Shown here one piece after another: positions 7,308-11,195 of a stretch of DNA of 11,195 bases. This DNA is from Sandaracinaceae bacterium (GTDB lineage Bacteria > Myxococcota_A > Polyangia > Polyangiales > Sandaracinaceae). The notes below the pieces were generated by a model that worked only from the letters and a program-made list of their open reading frames with translations, made no database searches and had not been told where the DNA came from. The position numbers and the translations under genes are program-made. Where the stretch lies: the NCBI GenBank assembly GCA_044220955.1, contig JBGAQA010000079.1, positions 1-11,195 on the forward strand, read 5' to 3'. How positions within the stretch are numbered: position 1 is the stretch's first letter; each line of letters opens with the position of its first letter.

Positions 7308-7937
7308 TCAGCCCCGGTGATCGTGCCGCTGGAGCCGCTCGAGGACGAAGAACCCGACGGGGATCCGCAGAGGCCCGAGCGCGAGGTACGCCTTGCCCAG
7401 CAAGAGGTCCGGGTTGTCCGGGTAGACCTGCACGACGTAGTCCCGCAGCGGCGGCCCGAACAGACCGTTGCCGCCGAGGCCGTAGTCGAGGAGCAGGGCG
7501 TTCGGGTACGCGGCGTCCCGCGCGCCCGGGAGCGGCGCGTGCACGCGGTAGTAGCCGTGACGCTTGGGCGCCTCGGGGCTCGGCGCATAGAGGTGCTCGT
7601 GGTGGTCCGCGTTCTGCCGCACGTCGACGTTGTAGCCGTGGATGTGCGGGGTCGGGCCGCGCGGGTGGCGATCGCGTCCCTCGTAGAAGCCCTTCACGAA
7701 CTTGCGGATGCCGATCGCGCGCGTGATGACGGCGCCGTTCGCCCCGCGGAACTCCCAGCCGACGAGCGACTCGAAGCTCGGCGCAGCGCTCGTGCGCATG
7801 ATCGTCTCGCGCGTGCCGTTGGAGGCGCGGACCAGGCCCAGCCAGTCGTAGCGCAGGCCGTTGGAGCGCAGCAGCGCCGATCCCGGGCGCGGGACGATGG
7901 CGACGGACGCGGGGGCGACGGCGGTGGCGACCAGCAT
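7308..7937 (-). CDS. Hypothetical protein, 209 aa, resembling GXWXG/DUF4334-type beta-barrel proteins
   Basis: Protein-like composition with motifs APSFESLVGWEFRG, KFVKGF, LLLDY, LRDYVVQV, LLLGKAY and FFVLER. The family assignment is from recalled patterns, not a search. Confidence 0.75.
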   Translation of the reverse strand: MLVATAVAPASVAIVPRPGSALLRSNGLRYDWLGLVRASNGTRETIMRTSAAPSFESLVGWEFRGANGAVITRAIGIRKFVKGFYEGRDRHPRGPTPHIHGYNVDVRQNADHHEHLYAPSPEAPKRHGYYRVHAPLPGARDAAYPNALLLDYGLGGNGLFGPPLRDYVVQVYPDNPDLLLGKAYLALGPLRIPVGFFVLERLQRHDHRG

Positions 7938-7943
7938 CGGTCG

Positions 7944-7972
7944 ACTCTAAATTTGGCGCGGGGAGCGCGCAA
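7944..7972 (-). promoter_or_regulatory. Putative sigma70-type promoter TTGCGC-17-TAGAGT-6-ATG (leaderless)
   Basis: -35 at 7972-7967 and -10 at 7949-7944; ATG7937 sits at the expected +1. Confidence 0.6.
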
Positions 7973-8013
7973 CGGTGCTCGCATCGCGCCGAGAAGGACG
8001 GCGGAGGTGCTCG

Positions 8014-8111
8014 ATGTCGACGCTGTTCGCGATCGTGGAACTGGGAATGCTGCTGGTCGGAGCCGCGGTGCTGGGCGGGCTCGCGTACGGCTCGGCGCGG
8101 GGGGCGGCGTC

Positions 8112-8115
<4 letters not shown>
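8014..8115 (+). CDS. 33-aa single-TM ORF MSTLFAIVELGMLLVGAAVLGGLAYGSARGAAS; a small protein or the frameshifted N-terminus of the next gene
   Basis: Strong SD GGAGGT (8003-8008) 5 nt before ATG8014; hydrophobic helix; TGA 8113-8115 overlaps ATG8112; G6 run at 8099-8104. Confidence 0.6.

Positions 8116-11195
<3,080 letters not shown>

Noticed and set aside
7251..8111. N-terminal part of ORF 7251..9164
   Set aside because: Mostly antisense to the 7308..7937 gene; the SD and protein-like sequence start only at 8014/8112.

Overview
High-GC bacterial DNA; the gene content suggests a myxobacterium (Myxococcota, probably Polyangia; inference). Left to right: the 5' end of a minus-strand gene starting MARTKRPSRK(SPAKK)n from a perfect 15-bp tandem repeat; a membrane Hanks-type Ser/Thr kinase, a secreted TPR/PEGA-like protein, a Cys-rich lipoprotein and an FHA protein; a convergent FHA-Zn ribbon-TM-transglutaminase-like protein; fabD; a GXWXG/DUF4334-like hypothetical; a membrane protein possibly split at a G6 run; a degenerate 3-hydroxyacyl-CoA dehydrogenase N-domain protein; and pyrG, which is missing from the ORF track and loses PyrG similarity in the last ~50 nt. 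The best candidate for a new system is the pyrG promoter/leader. It has a sigma70 promoter followed by C7-C8-G9 (the pyrC-type CTP-sensing start-site motif) and mutually exclusive hairpins that could hide or expose the Shine-Dalgarno sequence. Several genes also look leaderless. All calls were made by eye; no database searches or folding computations were run.
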